A DNA stretch of 64,000 nt from assembly GCA_963825135.1 (NCBI GenBank), contig CAWGRW010000009.1, forward strand, positions 1,152,001-1,216,000, read 5' to 3'. This stretch comes from an uncultured bacterium (GTDB lineage Bacteria > Desulfobacterota_D > UBA1144 > Nemesobacterales > UBA2774). Of this stretch, positions 33,114-42,405 are shown in pieces; within the stretch, counting starts at the first letter, position 1; every line of letters starts with the position of its first letter. The translations under genes and the position numbers were made by a program. Under the pieces are notes generated by a model that worked only from the letters and a program-made list of their open reading frames with translations, did no database searches and was not told where the DNA came from.

Positions 33114-33683
33114 TTAGTTTGGCAGTAGAACCGTATCTATAACCTGGATAACACCGTTTGACTGAATTACATCATAAGTGGATATGTCTGCTACATCGCC
33201 CTTTTCGTCCTTAATAACGATATTGTGGGGACCGTTCATCCATACCGTCAGCGTGTCTCCGCTTACGGTCTTGAGCTCGGCCTTTCCGTTGCCTGCGTTA
33301 ATCTTCTCGACGAGCGCATCGAACGTGAGGCGTCCCGGTACGACGTGGTAGGTGAGGACTTTCGTCAGCGCGTCCTTGTTCTCCGGCTTGAGCAGCGTCT
33401 CAACAGTTCCGTCCGGAAGATCCTTGAACGCGTCATTCGTAGGAGCGAACACCGTGAACGGGCCCGGTCCTTTAAGAGTCTCTACTAACCCCGCAGCCTT
33501 TACCGCAGCTACGAGCGTCGTGTGGTCGGGTGAATTGACCGCGTTGTCTACTATATCCTTCGTGGGATACATGTCCTCTCCGCCGACCATAACAGTCGTG
33601 TCGGCAGTCGCAGTTAATCCGGCTACAGTAATAACCGCCACCGTTATCGGCAGCATGAAAAGCTTTTTGAATGTCTTGTGCAT
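33114..33683 (-). CDS. Secreted fasciclin (FAS1) domain protein
   Basis: Signal peptide; GPFTVFAPTNDAF, LTYHVV and SNGVIQVIDTVLLP. Confidence 0.93.
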   Translation of the reverse strand: MHKTFKKLFMLPITVAVITVAGLTATADTTVMVGGEDMYPTKDIVDNAVNSPDHTTLVAAVKAAGLVETLKGPGPFTVFAPTNDAFKDLPDGTVETLLKPENKDALTKVLTYHVVPGRLTFDALVEKINAGNGKAELKTVSGDTLTVWMNGPHNIVIKDEKGDVADISTYDVIQSNGVIQVIDTVLLPN

Positions 33684-33718
33684 TTCTGCACCTCCTTAAA
33701 ATTTGTGAATTTGAATAT

Positions 33719-33746
33719 TTATACGGGGGACAATATTTTTTGGATC
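33719..33746 (-). promoter_or_regulatory. ECF-sigma-type promoter GATCC-N16-CGTATAA (proximal)
   Basis: Plus-strand ggatc at 33742-33746 and ttatacg at 33719-33725, with a 16-bp spacer, just upstream of the fasciclin RBS. Confidence 0.7.
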
Positions 33747-33938
33747 TCGTTATCAGGAAATTATTTCGAATCGACGAATAAATATTGCAGCGTAACGCAG
33801 CATAGATATATATAATATATTGATTATATATAATGCCAAGCCGTGATTCGCTGTCGGGGACGTAATGAGACGCCCGAGCGGGAGGGTTTGCCTTAAAAAG
33901 TATCAGGCGTTGTTCGGGTTAGAACTGCGTCTTACTGG

Positions 33939-33966
33939 TTATACGTAAAAAACCGTCATCCGGATC
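33939..33966 (-). promoter_or_regulatory. ECF-sigma-type promoter GATCC-N16-CGTATAA (distal copy)
   Basis: Plus-strand ggatc at 33962-33966 and ttatacg at 33939-33945; same boxes and spacing, 220 bp upstream of the first copy. Confidence 0.65.
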
Positions 33967-34287
33967 GCATCTATTTGGTTATAGAGGAGCAAATTTCGCA
34001 GGCGGCGTTAGAAGGTCGATCGCAGGCAATAGATCTCAGAGCCGTGCTAATAAAGGGCATGCGCGATGCGGAGCGCGGCGTTGAATAAACCGCCCGGCAT
34101 GGTTAAATTAATTAAAAGGGTTAGCGGCTGACTGTTTTAAATTCCGGTAAAAGCTAGAATTGAGCAACTCTCTTTCGGGACGGCGGATTTTCCGGATTTC
34201 CTGCATATCTCTCACGGTAGTGTATATTTAACATCTGCATTTATATATGAATATTCGTTAAGTACTGAGGAGACTGAATAAATCTAT

Positions 34288-36117
34288 ATGAGAAACGAAA
34301 ATATCAGAAATATTGCGATCATAGCACACGTCGATCACGGTAAAACGACCCTCGTCGATGCCATGCTCAGGCAGAGCGGCGTATTCCGCGAGAATCAGGT
34401 CGTTGCGGAAAGGGTTATGGATTCTATGGACCTGGAGAAGGAGCGCGGTATTACAATTATGGCTAAAAACACCGCGGTCCTCTATCAAGGCATAAAAATC
34501 AATATAGTGGACACCCCCGGGCACGCCGATTTCGGCGGCGAGGTTGAGAGGAGCCTCAACATGGTTGACGGCGCGCTTCTTCTCGTCGATGCAAGCGAAG
34601 GTCCGCTCCCCCAGACGCGTTTCGTCGTAAAGAAGGCGCTTCAGAAGAAGCTCCCCATAATACTTGTCATAAACAAAATAGACAGGAGCGACGCCCGCCC
34701 CGCCGAGGTAATTAACGAGGTGTACGACCTCTTTATAGAGCTCGACGCGGACGAGAAGCAGATCGAATTCCCGATTATTTACACCAACGCCAAGATAGGC
34801 TCCGCCCGGCATAACCTGGGGGAGGATTCTACTAACCTGCTCCCGCTCTTCGATACTATAATTTCAGCGATACCAGGCCCCGAGATCGGGGACGGCACCG
34901 TTACGCAATTCCTGGTTACGAACCTCGATTACGACAATTACGTGGGAAGGATAGCGATAGGGAGGCTCATGAACGGGTTGCTGGAGTCCAACAAAAGCTA
35001 TACCCTCTGCGGCGAAGCGGGAGTTAACACCCCAATCAAGATTTCAGTCCTGTACACATTCAGCGGTCTCCAGAAAACGCAGGTGGAGCGGGTCGAAGCT
35101 GGCGATATTGCGTCCATAGCGGGCGAGGATGACGTCAAGATCGGCGATACGATATCCGACCTCGAGAACCCCGTACCGCTCGAGCGCATAAAGGTTGACG
35201 AGCCCACCATATCGATGATCTTCTACGTCAATAACAGCCCTTTCGCGGGCAAGGAGGGGAAATTCCTCACCTCCCGCCACTTGCGGGACAGGCTCCTCAG
35301 GGAGAAGCTCGGGAACGTCGCCATCGAAGTCAAGGAGACGGAGAGGGCCGACGCGTTTGAAGTATCGGGGCGCGGAGAGCTTCAGATGGTTGTCCTTATA
35401 GAAATGATGAGACGGGAAGGGTATGAATTCATGGTCTCAAAGCCCCGGGTGCTGACAAGGATGGAGAACGGAAAGGTTACAGAGCCCGTCGAACGTATAT
35501 TCGTCGACGTGCCCGAGGCGTTCGTTGGAGCCATTACCGAAGCAATCTCGTCGAGGAAGGGGCGCATGGAAAACCTCCGCAACAACGGGAACGGAAGGGT
35601 GGATATAGAGTTCCTTATTCCGTCCAGAGGGCTCATAGGTTTCAGGAGCCAGTTCCAGATACTTACAAAGGGCTCGGGCGTCATCAATACGCTCTTTGAA
35701 GGGTACGAGCCGTGGTATGGCCCCATCCCCCAGAGGTCTACGGGCGCGCTCGTGTCCGACAGAAGCGGCAAGGTAACCACCTACGCGTGCCTCTCGATGG
35801 CCGACAGGGGAGAGTTATTCGTCGATATCGGGACCGACGTCTATGAGGGTATGACCGTAGGCGAAAGGAACCGCAGCGGAGACCTGAACGTGAACATAAC
35901 GAAAGAGAAGAAGCTCACCAACATGAGGAGCTCCACGGCAGAGACGACCGTGGTTCTGAGGCCCCCGAGACCGCTGTCCCTCGATCAGGCGATAGAGTTT
36001 ATCGCAGAGGACGAGCTCGTCGAGATCACACCCCTGAGCCAGAGGCTCCGTAAATTCGAGCTCTCCGCTACGAAAAGAGAGATCGAGCAAAAGCGTGAGA
36101 AGAAATACAGTCAGTGA
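34288..36117 (+). CDS. typA: Translational GTPase TypA/BipA
   Basis: [44 protein letters not shown] and KKLTNMRS. Confidence 0.97.
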   Translation: MRNENIRNIAIIAHVDHGKTTLVDAMLRQSGVFRENQVVAERVMDSMDLEKERGITIMAKNTAVLYQGIKINIVDTPGHADFGGEVERSLNMVDGALLLVDASEGPLPQTRFVVKKALQKKLPIILVINKIDRSDARPAEVINEVYDLFIELDADEKQIEFPIIYTNAKIGSARHNLGEDSTNLLPLFDTIISAIPGPEIGDGTVTQFLVTNLDYDNYVGRIAIGRLMNGLLESNKSYTLCGEAGVNTPIKISVLYTFSGLQKTQVERVEAGDIASIAGEDDVKIGDTISDLENPVPLERIKVDEPTISMIFYVNNSPFAGKEGKFLTSRHLRDRLLREKLGNVAIEVKETERADAFEVSGRGELQMVVLIEMMRREGYEFMVSKPRVLTRMENGKVTEPVERIFVDVPEAFVGAITEAISSRKGRMENLRNNGNGRVDIEFLIPSRGLIGFRSQFQILTKGSGVINTLFEGYEPWYGPIPQRSTGALVSDRSGKVTTYACLSMADRGELFVDIGTDVYEGMTVGERNRSGDLNVNITKEKKLTNMRSSTAETTVVLRPPRPLSLDQAIEFIAEDELVEITPLSQRLRKFELSATKREIEQKREKKYSQ

Positions 36118-36154
36118 TTTTTACCCGGTACGCGCTGGTAAGTTGTAAGCTCCG

Positions 36155-36751
36155 ATGGAAAAGCCCTTCAGCCAGTCCTGCGAAAACAATAAAGAGCCCA
36201 TACTCCGTGTATTAAAGGGAGCGTTCAGCGGGGCCGCGCTCGTATTGGAGATCGGGAGCGGGACCGGCCAGCACGCCGTACACTTCGCGCGCAACCTCCC
36301 CCATCTGATATGGCAGCCATCCGACCTTCCTGATAACATACCGGGCATGAAGCTCTGGTTCGACGAGGCGAAGCTCCCTAATATAAAGGAGCCTGTCGCG
36401 CTGAACGTCTCCGACGCGATGTGGCCCGTCGGGGAAGCGGACGCAATTTTTACCGCGAACACGCTTCACATAATGGCCGGGTCCAAGGTCGAGTGCATGT
36501 TCGACGGCATGGAGCCCGTGCTTAAGGCTGGCGGGACACTCTGCATATACGGGCCCTTCAATTACGGCGGGAAATACACGAGCGAGAGCAATGAGAAATT
36601 CGACGCCTGGCTCCGCGGGCAAAACCCCCAGAGCGCCATACGCGATTTCGACTGGGTGAATTCACTTGCGGAAAAAATAGGCCTTAAGCTCGTAAAAGAC
36701 CACGAGATGCCCGCTAATAACCGGCTGCTCGAGTGGCGGAAATCCGCCTGA
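36155..36751 (+). CDS. DUF938 family SAM-dependent methyltransferase
   Basis: NKEPIL, VLEIGSGTGQHA, WQPSD, YGPF and MPANN. Confidence 0.88.
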   Translation: MEKPFSQSCENNKEPILRVLKGAFSGAALVLEIGSGTGQHAVHFARNLPHLIWQPSDLPDNIPGMKLWFDEAKLPNIKEPVALNVSDAMWPVGEADAIFTANTLHIMAGSKVECMFDGMEPVLKAGGTLCIYGPFNYGGKYTSESNEKFDAWLRGQNPQSAIRDFDWVNSLAEKIGLKLVKDHEMPANNRLLEWRKSA

Positions 36752-36836
36752 TTCCGCCCGCCTTTATTTTTGAACGAACTGCGTTAATATTCTTACGTCG
36801 GCCCGGCTGACTATATGCCGTCCCACGAATTTTGAC

Positions 36837-37352
36837 ATGGCTAGAGACATTATCACCCTCGTCGTCGGGAATTATTTCCTGACCCTCCTTATCATAGGTC
36901 TGATTGCCGGATTCCTGTCGATCATAAATAAACCCAAGCCCCGTTCTATGAACTTGATCGCCGAGGCACTGCTCTCTTATTACATGCTTTTCGCGATAGG
37001 GATAAACAACCTGGTCAATTTCGTATTTCACGTTTTTTTCGGAGAGATGGCCGCGAGCTTTATCGGCTGGGCCGACAGCCCGTTTCAGGCGGAGGTGGGT
37101 TTTGCGAGTCTCGGCATCGGTATCGTCGGCGTGCTGGCGTTCCGGGCGGGATTACCCTTCCGTGTAGCCGCGTACATCCCTCCGGCCGTCTTTTCGCTCG
37201 GCGCTGCGGGGGGCCATATCTATCAAATGATAGCCGCGCATAATTACTCGCCCGGCAATGTTGGGCTTGTCCTGCCGACAGACATCATACTCCCCGCCGT
37301 CGGTTTCGTATTGTTATGGCTATCTTATATGCACCCGAAGCCCAATCGGTGA
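36837..37352 (+). CDS. Integral membrane protein (DUF6790-like)
   Basis: Several TM segments; IGWADSPFQAEVGFASLG and GHIYQM..NYSPGNVG. Confidence 0.7.
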   Translation: MARDIITLVVGNYFLTLLIIGLIAGFLSIINKPKPRSMNLIAEALLSYYMLFAIGINNLVNFVFHVFFGEMAASFIGWADSPFQAEVGFASLGIGIVGVLAFRAGLPFRVAAYIPPAVFSLGAAGGHIYQMIAAHNYSPGNVGLVLPTDIILPAVGFVLLWLSYMHPKPNR

Positions 37353-37573
37353 ATTGAAGGGGTATACACCCTCACGGCGAGAATGAACTTAACTTTCCTC
37401 AATAACGAGAAATGTTTACTAGCCAACGGCCTCTCAAATATAGAAAATAAAATCAGCAGCCAACGCCGCGCACACCAAAACAGCGCCGCATTTTCAAAGT
37501 TTATTACTTTCTTCGTTATGTTATATTTCAGAAAACTTTGTTACTTGCCGGTCTCAAATTGGGAGATGAAACG

Positions 37574-38809
37574 ATGGGAAAGGTGAAGAAATCGGACGCC
37601 TCAACGCCCGAACCGTTCGTGCCGGACAAGGTCTTCTCGGCCGAAGCAAGCGTGAATAAAATCATTCCAAATGTTTTGAATTCCCCGCAAAAGTACATCC
37701 AGGGAGACGGTGTTCTGAACGATCTCGGACTATACCTCGGGCTAATCCACAGCAAGCACGCCGCCGTTCTGATCTCGGGAGGAGGGGAAAAAAGGTTCGG
37801 CGAGATGATAACACAAAGCTTAAAACGCTCGGGCATTGCCGGGACCCTCGTCACATTTTCCGGGGAGTGTTCTTTCGAGGAAATCGAGCGTGTGACTGAG
37901 TTATTGAGGAAAGTGAAAACGCCGGTCGATTCGGTTGTCGCGATCGGCGGAGGAAAGTGCCTCGATACGGGGAGGGGCGTGGCTCACCGCCTGTCCGTGC
38001 CCGCCGTCGTATGTCCGACGACCGCATCGACGGACGCCCCGTGCGCGGGCTTGTCGGCGATATATTTTTCTGACGGTAAATTTCGGGGCGTCGAGCTCTA
38101 TCCGCTCAACCCGGCCCTCGTGGTTGTCGACACGAGAATCGCCGCTCAGGCTCCCGTGCGTTTCATCGTATCCGGCATGGGCGATGCGATGGCTACATGG
38201 TATGAAGCGCGCACCTGTTACCAGAACCCGAAGGGCAAAGCTATACTGGGCACGCGCCCCACTATAGCCTCTGTCGCAATAGCCGAGCTATGTGCAACTA
38301 CTCTCTATGACCGCGGCGTTAAGGCTGTCGAAGCCGTAAGGGATTCGCAGGTAAATGAATCTGTCGAGCGTATTGTCGAGGCTAACACACTCATGAGCGG
38401 AATAGGATTCGAAAGCTGCGGTGTGGCCGCAGCACACTGTATCGCTCAGGGCCTTACGGTAATTCCCTCCCTTCACAAAAACTACCTCCACGGCGAAATG
38501 GTTGCGATCGGGCTGATGACGCATCTCGTTCTCGAGGGAAAAGACGACGAGGCCCATAAAGTCGGCGCTTTCTTTTCCAGTGTGGGCCTGCCGGCGCATC
38601 TGGGTCAGATGTCGTTAGACCCGGCGCAGGATATGGAGACACTCCGCAATATCGCCCGCGCCTCTGTTGACTTACCGTTCATTCACAACGAACCCTTCGA
38701 TGTTTCTGAAGACTCGCTGCTTGACGCCATGTTGAAGGCGCACAAGCTCGGCCTTGAAATTACCGAGTCATTCGGGGACGCCGCGTACTTATCCCTGCAC
38801 GGCAAGTAA
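37574..38809 (+). CDS. gldA: Glycerol dehydrogenase (Fe/Zn-containing ADH family)
   Basis: SPQKYIQG, GGGKCLD, PTTASTDAP, SGMGDAMATWYEA and HGEMVA. Confidence 0.88.
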   Translation: MGKVKKSDASTPEPFVPDKVFSAEASVNKIIPNVLNSPQKYIQGDGVLNDLGLYLGLIHSKHAAVLISGGGEKRFGEMITQSLKRSGIAGTLVTFSGECSFEEIERVTELLRKVKTPVDSVVAIGGGKCLDTGRGVAHRLSVPAVVCPTTASTDAPCAGLSAIYFSDGKFRGVELYPLNPALVVVDTRIAAQAPVRFIVSGMGDAMATWYEARTCYQNPKGKAILGTRPTIASVAIAELCATTLYDRGVKAVEAVRDSQVNESVERIVEANTLMSGIGFESCGVAAAHCIAQGLTVIPSLHKNYLHGEMVAIGLMTHLVLEGKDDEAHKVGAFFSSVGLPAHLGQMSLDPAQDMETLRNIARASVDLPFIHNEPFDVSEDSLLDAMLKAHKLGLEITESFGDAAYLSLHGK

Positions 38810-38926
38810 TTGCAATCGCCTTTCTTACCCCAGGCTCAAGTGAATTTCTCAGAGATTCTATATCTTAAGCGTCGTATCGGCCCACTTTGCAACCCTTTCA
38901 TAACCATGGTAATGTAAACCTTATCA

Positions 38927-39313
38927 ATGGCCAGTGATCTGAAATTTGCACACCCTAAATACCTCCTTGTCCCCGTCATTGCTATATTTTTTATACTCTT
39001 TTCAGTCTCCCGGGACGAATCTCCCAACGTTGAATTCGTGAATGTCCCCTGCTCGAGCGCCGTCGTAGTGGCTCATGGCTTCGGGACGTCCTCGCTTTCT
39101 ACGGGACCGAGCGCGCCCGGAAATCAGTCTATGTTGAGTCTCGGTCAGACCGCCATTTTCAGCAAAAGCAGTCAGCTAGTCGGTCTTAACAGTCATAATC
39201 TTTTTTCATACAACGCCGATATGGACTTCCTTCGTATTTATGAGCGGGAAGTAAAATACGATTTAGTTATCTCAAGCAACACCGGCCGTTCCCCTCCTTT
39301 CTCAATTTCTTAA
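38927..39313 (+). CDS. Putative regulatory leader/arrest peptide with an N-terminal hydrophobic segment and C-terminal RSPP
   Basis: KYLLVPVIAIFFILFSV N-terminus; ends NTGRSPPFSIS*; 91 bp upstream of the copper operon. Confidence 0.65.
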   Translation: MASDLKFAHPKYLLVPVIAIFFILFSVSRDESPNVEFVNVPCSSAVVVAHGFGTSSLSTGPSAPGNQSMLSLGQTAIFSKSSQLVGLNSHNLFSYNADMDFLRIYEREVKYDLVISSNTGRSPPFSIS

Positions 39314-39404
39314 TCTCATTTTTTTCATCTCAAATAATAAGAAGTTGGCTGCGGAGAGATAGATTATTTCACCGCCGCGAATTATTGCGTAGAGGAGGAG
39401 TCCT

Positions 39405-40304
39405 ATGTTGCATATTAAATACAAATTACATCTGCTATGCGGAATCGCTTTTGTGCTGGTTTTAGTTTCAATGCCGGCGTCGTCCTGGCCTCACGGGTAT
39501 GCGGGCAAGCGTTTTTTCCCCACCACGCTATCGGTGGAAGACCCGTTCGTGTCAGACGAGTTTTCGTTTCTATTCGGGTATCTCAAAGAGGAGGAGGGCG
39601 AACAGAACTACGATCTCTCGGTCGAGTATTCCAAACGCATTACGCCGCACCTGGGTTTTGCGATTGAAGATTCGTACGAGTTTATAAAGGCTAAAGGAGA
39701 AAAAACACAGCACGGGTTTTCAAACCTTGGGCTGGGTCTTAAGTATCAGTTCCTAACGAACGCCCCGCACGAGGCCATCATGTCGATCGGTCTGGATGCC
39801 GAGATCGGGCACACGGGTGACAGCTCCGTTGACGCGGATGATTTCACGACGCTCGCCCCCGGATTATTCTTCGGGAAGGGGTTCGGCGACCTGCCGGAGA
39901 CGCTGAAATTCCTGAGGCCGCTCGCGATCACCGGAGTGATCGGCCCCGCGTTTACGATCGACAGCGAGGAGCCCGACGTGTTCGAATACGGGTTCACCCT
40001 CCAGTACAGTTTTCAGTACCTAGAGTCTTTCGTGAAGGATGTCGGACTCCCCGTGCCTTTGAACCGTATGATTCTGGTCGTTGAGTTCCCGTTCGAAACA
40101 GCACTGAACGAGGGCAGCGGCGGGGAGACGGAGGGCTTCATCAACCCCGGTATAATATGGTTCGGTAAATATATTCAGCTCGGGGTCGAGGCGCAGATTC
40201 CGGTCAACGACAACTCGGGCGACGGGGTCGGGGTCCTGGCCATTTTCCACGTATTCATCGATGACCTCTTCCCGAACAGTTTGGGGAGGCCTATTTTCAG
40301 ATAG
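39405..40304 (+). CDS. Exported, probably outer-membrane beta-barrel protein linked to copC-copD
   Basis: Signal peptide followed by HGYAGKRFFPTTLSVEDPFVSDE; alternating beta-strand patterns (GFSNLGLGLKYQF, QLGVEAQIPVN); strong AGAGGAGGAG SD. Confidence 0.7.
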   Translation: MLHIKYKLHLLCGIAFVLVLVSMPASSWPHGYAGKRFFPTTLSVEDPFVSDEFSFLFGYLKEEEGEQNYDLSVEYSKRITPHLGFAIEDSYEFIKAKGEKTQHGFSNLGLGLKYQFLTNAPHEAIMSIGLDAEIGHTGDSSVDADDFTTLAPGLFFGKGFGDLPETLKFLRPLAITGVIGPAFTIDSEEPDVFEYGFTLQYSFQYLESFVKDVGLPVPLNRMILVVEFPFETALNEGSGGETEGFINPGIIWFGKYIQLGVEAQIPVNDNSGDGVGVLAIFHVFIDDLFPNSLGRPIFR

Positions 40305-40317
40305 GGGATCAGGAGCC

Positions 40318-40683
40318 ATGAAGAAGGTGTTAAACGTCATTATCCTGTCGTGTCTCGTGTACCTGGGCGTACAGACTGCGGCCCGGGGGCATGCGTTTCC
40401 CGATCATTCGGAACCCAGGGTAGGATCGACGGTAAGCGCTTCCCCGCCCGTGGCGCGTGTCTGGTTCGACAGCGAGCTCGAGGGCGAATTCAGCGAGATT
40501 CGGGTCGAGAACGCCGATTCGGAGCGGGTCGATAAGGGAGACGGGCACGTTGACGAATCCGATTCGAAGCTGCTCGAGGTCGACTTGCCGCCGCTAAAGC
40601 CCGGCACTTACCGTGTGACCTGGGCCGCCGTGTCGAGGGACGGTCACCGTACCGAGGGGAGTTATACGTTCACGGTCAAATGA
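40318..40683 (+). CDS. copC: Periplasmic copper-binding protein CopC
   Basis: Signal peptide, then HAFPDHSEP (His1) and GTYRVTWAAVSRDGHRTEGSYTFTV; no Met-rich Cu(I) loop. Confidence 0.92.
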   Translation: MKKVLNVIILSCLVYLGVQTAARGHAFPDHSEPRVGSTVSASPPVARVWFDSELEGEFSEIRVENADSERVDKGDGHVDESDSKLLEVDLPPLKPGTYRVTWAAVSRDGHRTEGSYTFTVK

Positions 40684-40692
40684 GATGATACG

Positions 40693-41682
40693 ATGATACT
40701 GAATAAACTCGTCCACAGCGCGCCGACATTGTTCGACCTGTTCGCGCTGACCATCTGCATCGGCGCTCTTTCCTGCAGACTATGGGTGCTGCGTGTGACC
40801 GGCAATGTGCCGCACGATCGGGACGAGGGGCTGCTCCTGGCTAATGTGTGGAAGCTGCTTGGCGTCCTGGCCGCGATGCTTGTTTTAAGCAGCTCGATAC
40901 TTCTTCTTACGCGTACGGCCGAGATGAGCGGACTCCCTCTGACGGCCGGTTTCTCGGCCGTACCGAGGGTCTTGCTCAAGTCACATTACGGCCGGGTGTG
41001 GCTGTTACGCGTATCAGCCGTTGCCGTATTATGCACAGCATGGTTAATCGGCAGGGGAGATCTGTATGCGCGCCGGTATCCGATATGCATGTTTATTGCC
41101 GCTGCGGTTATAGCGGCAACCCGCAGCGCTTCGGGACACGCGGCGGACGCGGGGGATTTCAGCATGCCCGAGATTTCTGACTGGCTCCATCTGATGGCCG
41201 CGTCGATATGGGGAGGCGGTCTCATCGCGCTTTCTATCGCCGTTTTACCGATAGTATGGAGGGCGTCCGGAGAACGTCGAAAAAATATTGCGGACATCGC
41301 CGTCCGGTTCTCAGGCCTTGCCGGTATTGCGCTTGTCGCGATTGTAATAACCGCCGGATACAACGGATGGACCGAGGTGGGGAGTTTACGCGCCCTTTCG
41401 GAGACCGACTACGGAAAGATTATTATGGTCAAGATAATTCTCCTCGCCGCGCTCGTTATAGTCGCCGCGTCGAACCGCTACATCAGCATCCCGCGCATCA
41501 TGGGACAATCGGAATCTCGTCGTGGGAACGGCGGCGCGATCGCGTGGTTTATACGTAAGGTCGGGGCGGAAGCCGTTCTTATTCTGGCGCTTCTGGTGTG
41601 CACGGCGCTTCTTCTCCACAATATGCCGGCGAAACATCTTTCTCACGCCGGGCATGAGCACGTGCATGGTATCAAGAAATAA
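40693..41682 (+). CDS. copD: Inner-membrane copper uptake protein CopD
   Basis: Multi-TM; SHYGRVW, SASGHAA, DWLHLMAASIWGGGL and TDYGKIIMVKI; His-rich C-terminal tail. Confidence 0.9.
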   Translation: MILNKLVHSAPTLFDLFALTICIGALSCRLWVLRVTGNVPHDRDEGLLLANVWKLLGVLAAMLVLSSSILLLTRTAEMSGLPLTAGFSAVPRVLLKSHYGRVWLLRVSAVAVLCTAWLIGRGDLYARRYPICMFIAAAVIAATRSASGHAADAGDFSMPEISDWLHLMAASIWGGGLIALSIAVLPIVWRASGERRKNIADIAVRFSGLAGIALVAIVITAGYNGWTEVGSLRALSETDYGKIIMVKIILLAALVIVAASNRYISIPRIMGQSESRRGNGGAIAWFIRKVGAEAVLILALLVCTALLLHNMPAKHLSHAGHEHVHGIKK

Positions 41683-41780
41683 AAGACGATGGAGATGCGG
41701 ATGCCGTGACGAATACCGCTCTAAAATGGCAAGTGTTGGATTTGCAAAAAACAAACAAATTCTGGATAAAGGAGAGTAAA

Positions 41781-42215
41781 ATGAAAAAGTATCTATTGTC
41801 ACTTGCGGTTCTATTTGTTTTGACGGGTCTTTCCTTCGCGCAGAGCAAGGTCGTCGTTGAAGACGCATGGGTGGGGGAAGTGCCCCCTTCCTCTCCGGTT
41901 GCCGCGGCTTACATGACCATCAAGAATGAAGGCAATGCCGACGACAAGCTGCTCAGCGTTACGAGCAGTATTTCGGGAAGCTCTATGATACATCAGACCG
42001 TGATCGACGAGCAGAGCGTCGCGAAAATGGAGATGGTCGATGCGCTCGTTATCCCGGCGGGCAAGAGCGTCGTGCTCAAGCCGGGCGGCACCCATGTAAT
42101 GCTCATGGACCTGAAAGAACCGGTCACAGGTAAAGAGAAGATAGAGCTCGACCTCAAGTTCGAAAACGCCGGGGATATTAAGGTCGAAGCGCCGGTCAAG
42201 AGTCTCAGCAACTGA
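41781..42215 (+). CDS. Periplasmic copper chaperone PCu(A)C
   Basis: AAYMTIKN..DKLLSV and the H...M...LKPGGTHVML copper motif; ATG at 41781 after AAGGAG. Confidence 0.92.
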   Translation: MKKYLLSLAVLFVLTGLSFAQSKVVVEDAWVGEVPPSSPVAAAYMTIKNEGNADDKLLSVTSSISGSSMIHQTVIDEQSVAKMEMVDALVIPAGKSVVLKPGGTHVMLMDLKEPVTGKEKIELDLKFENAGDIKVEAPVKSLSN

Positions 42216-42405
42216 GAGGTTCTGTATACGAAAGCCCCGATGGAATCTTTACCGCCTGAGGATAAAGACGGCTTAAGCATGGGATAGACGTATCGGGTTC
42301 GGATGAGGATTTCTGCCTGATAAGCGCGGCGTTGGCCTCCCCTGATGCCGCTGTGTTGTGCTATACTGCATATCAATCCGTATATGCATATAAAGGAGGT
42401 CTACT

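Noticed and set aside
33807..33832. AT-rich 10-6-10 inverted repeat as a dif/Xer site
   Set aside because: It has no XerD-arm match (TTATGTTAAAT) and is low complexity. ttatgttatat near 37516 lacks a XerC arm.
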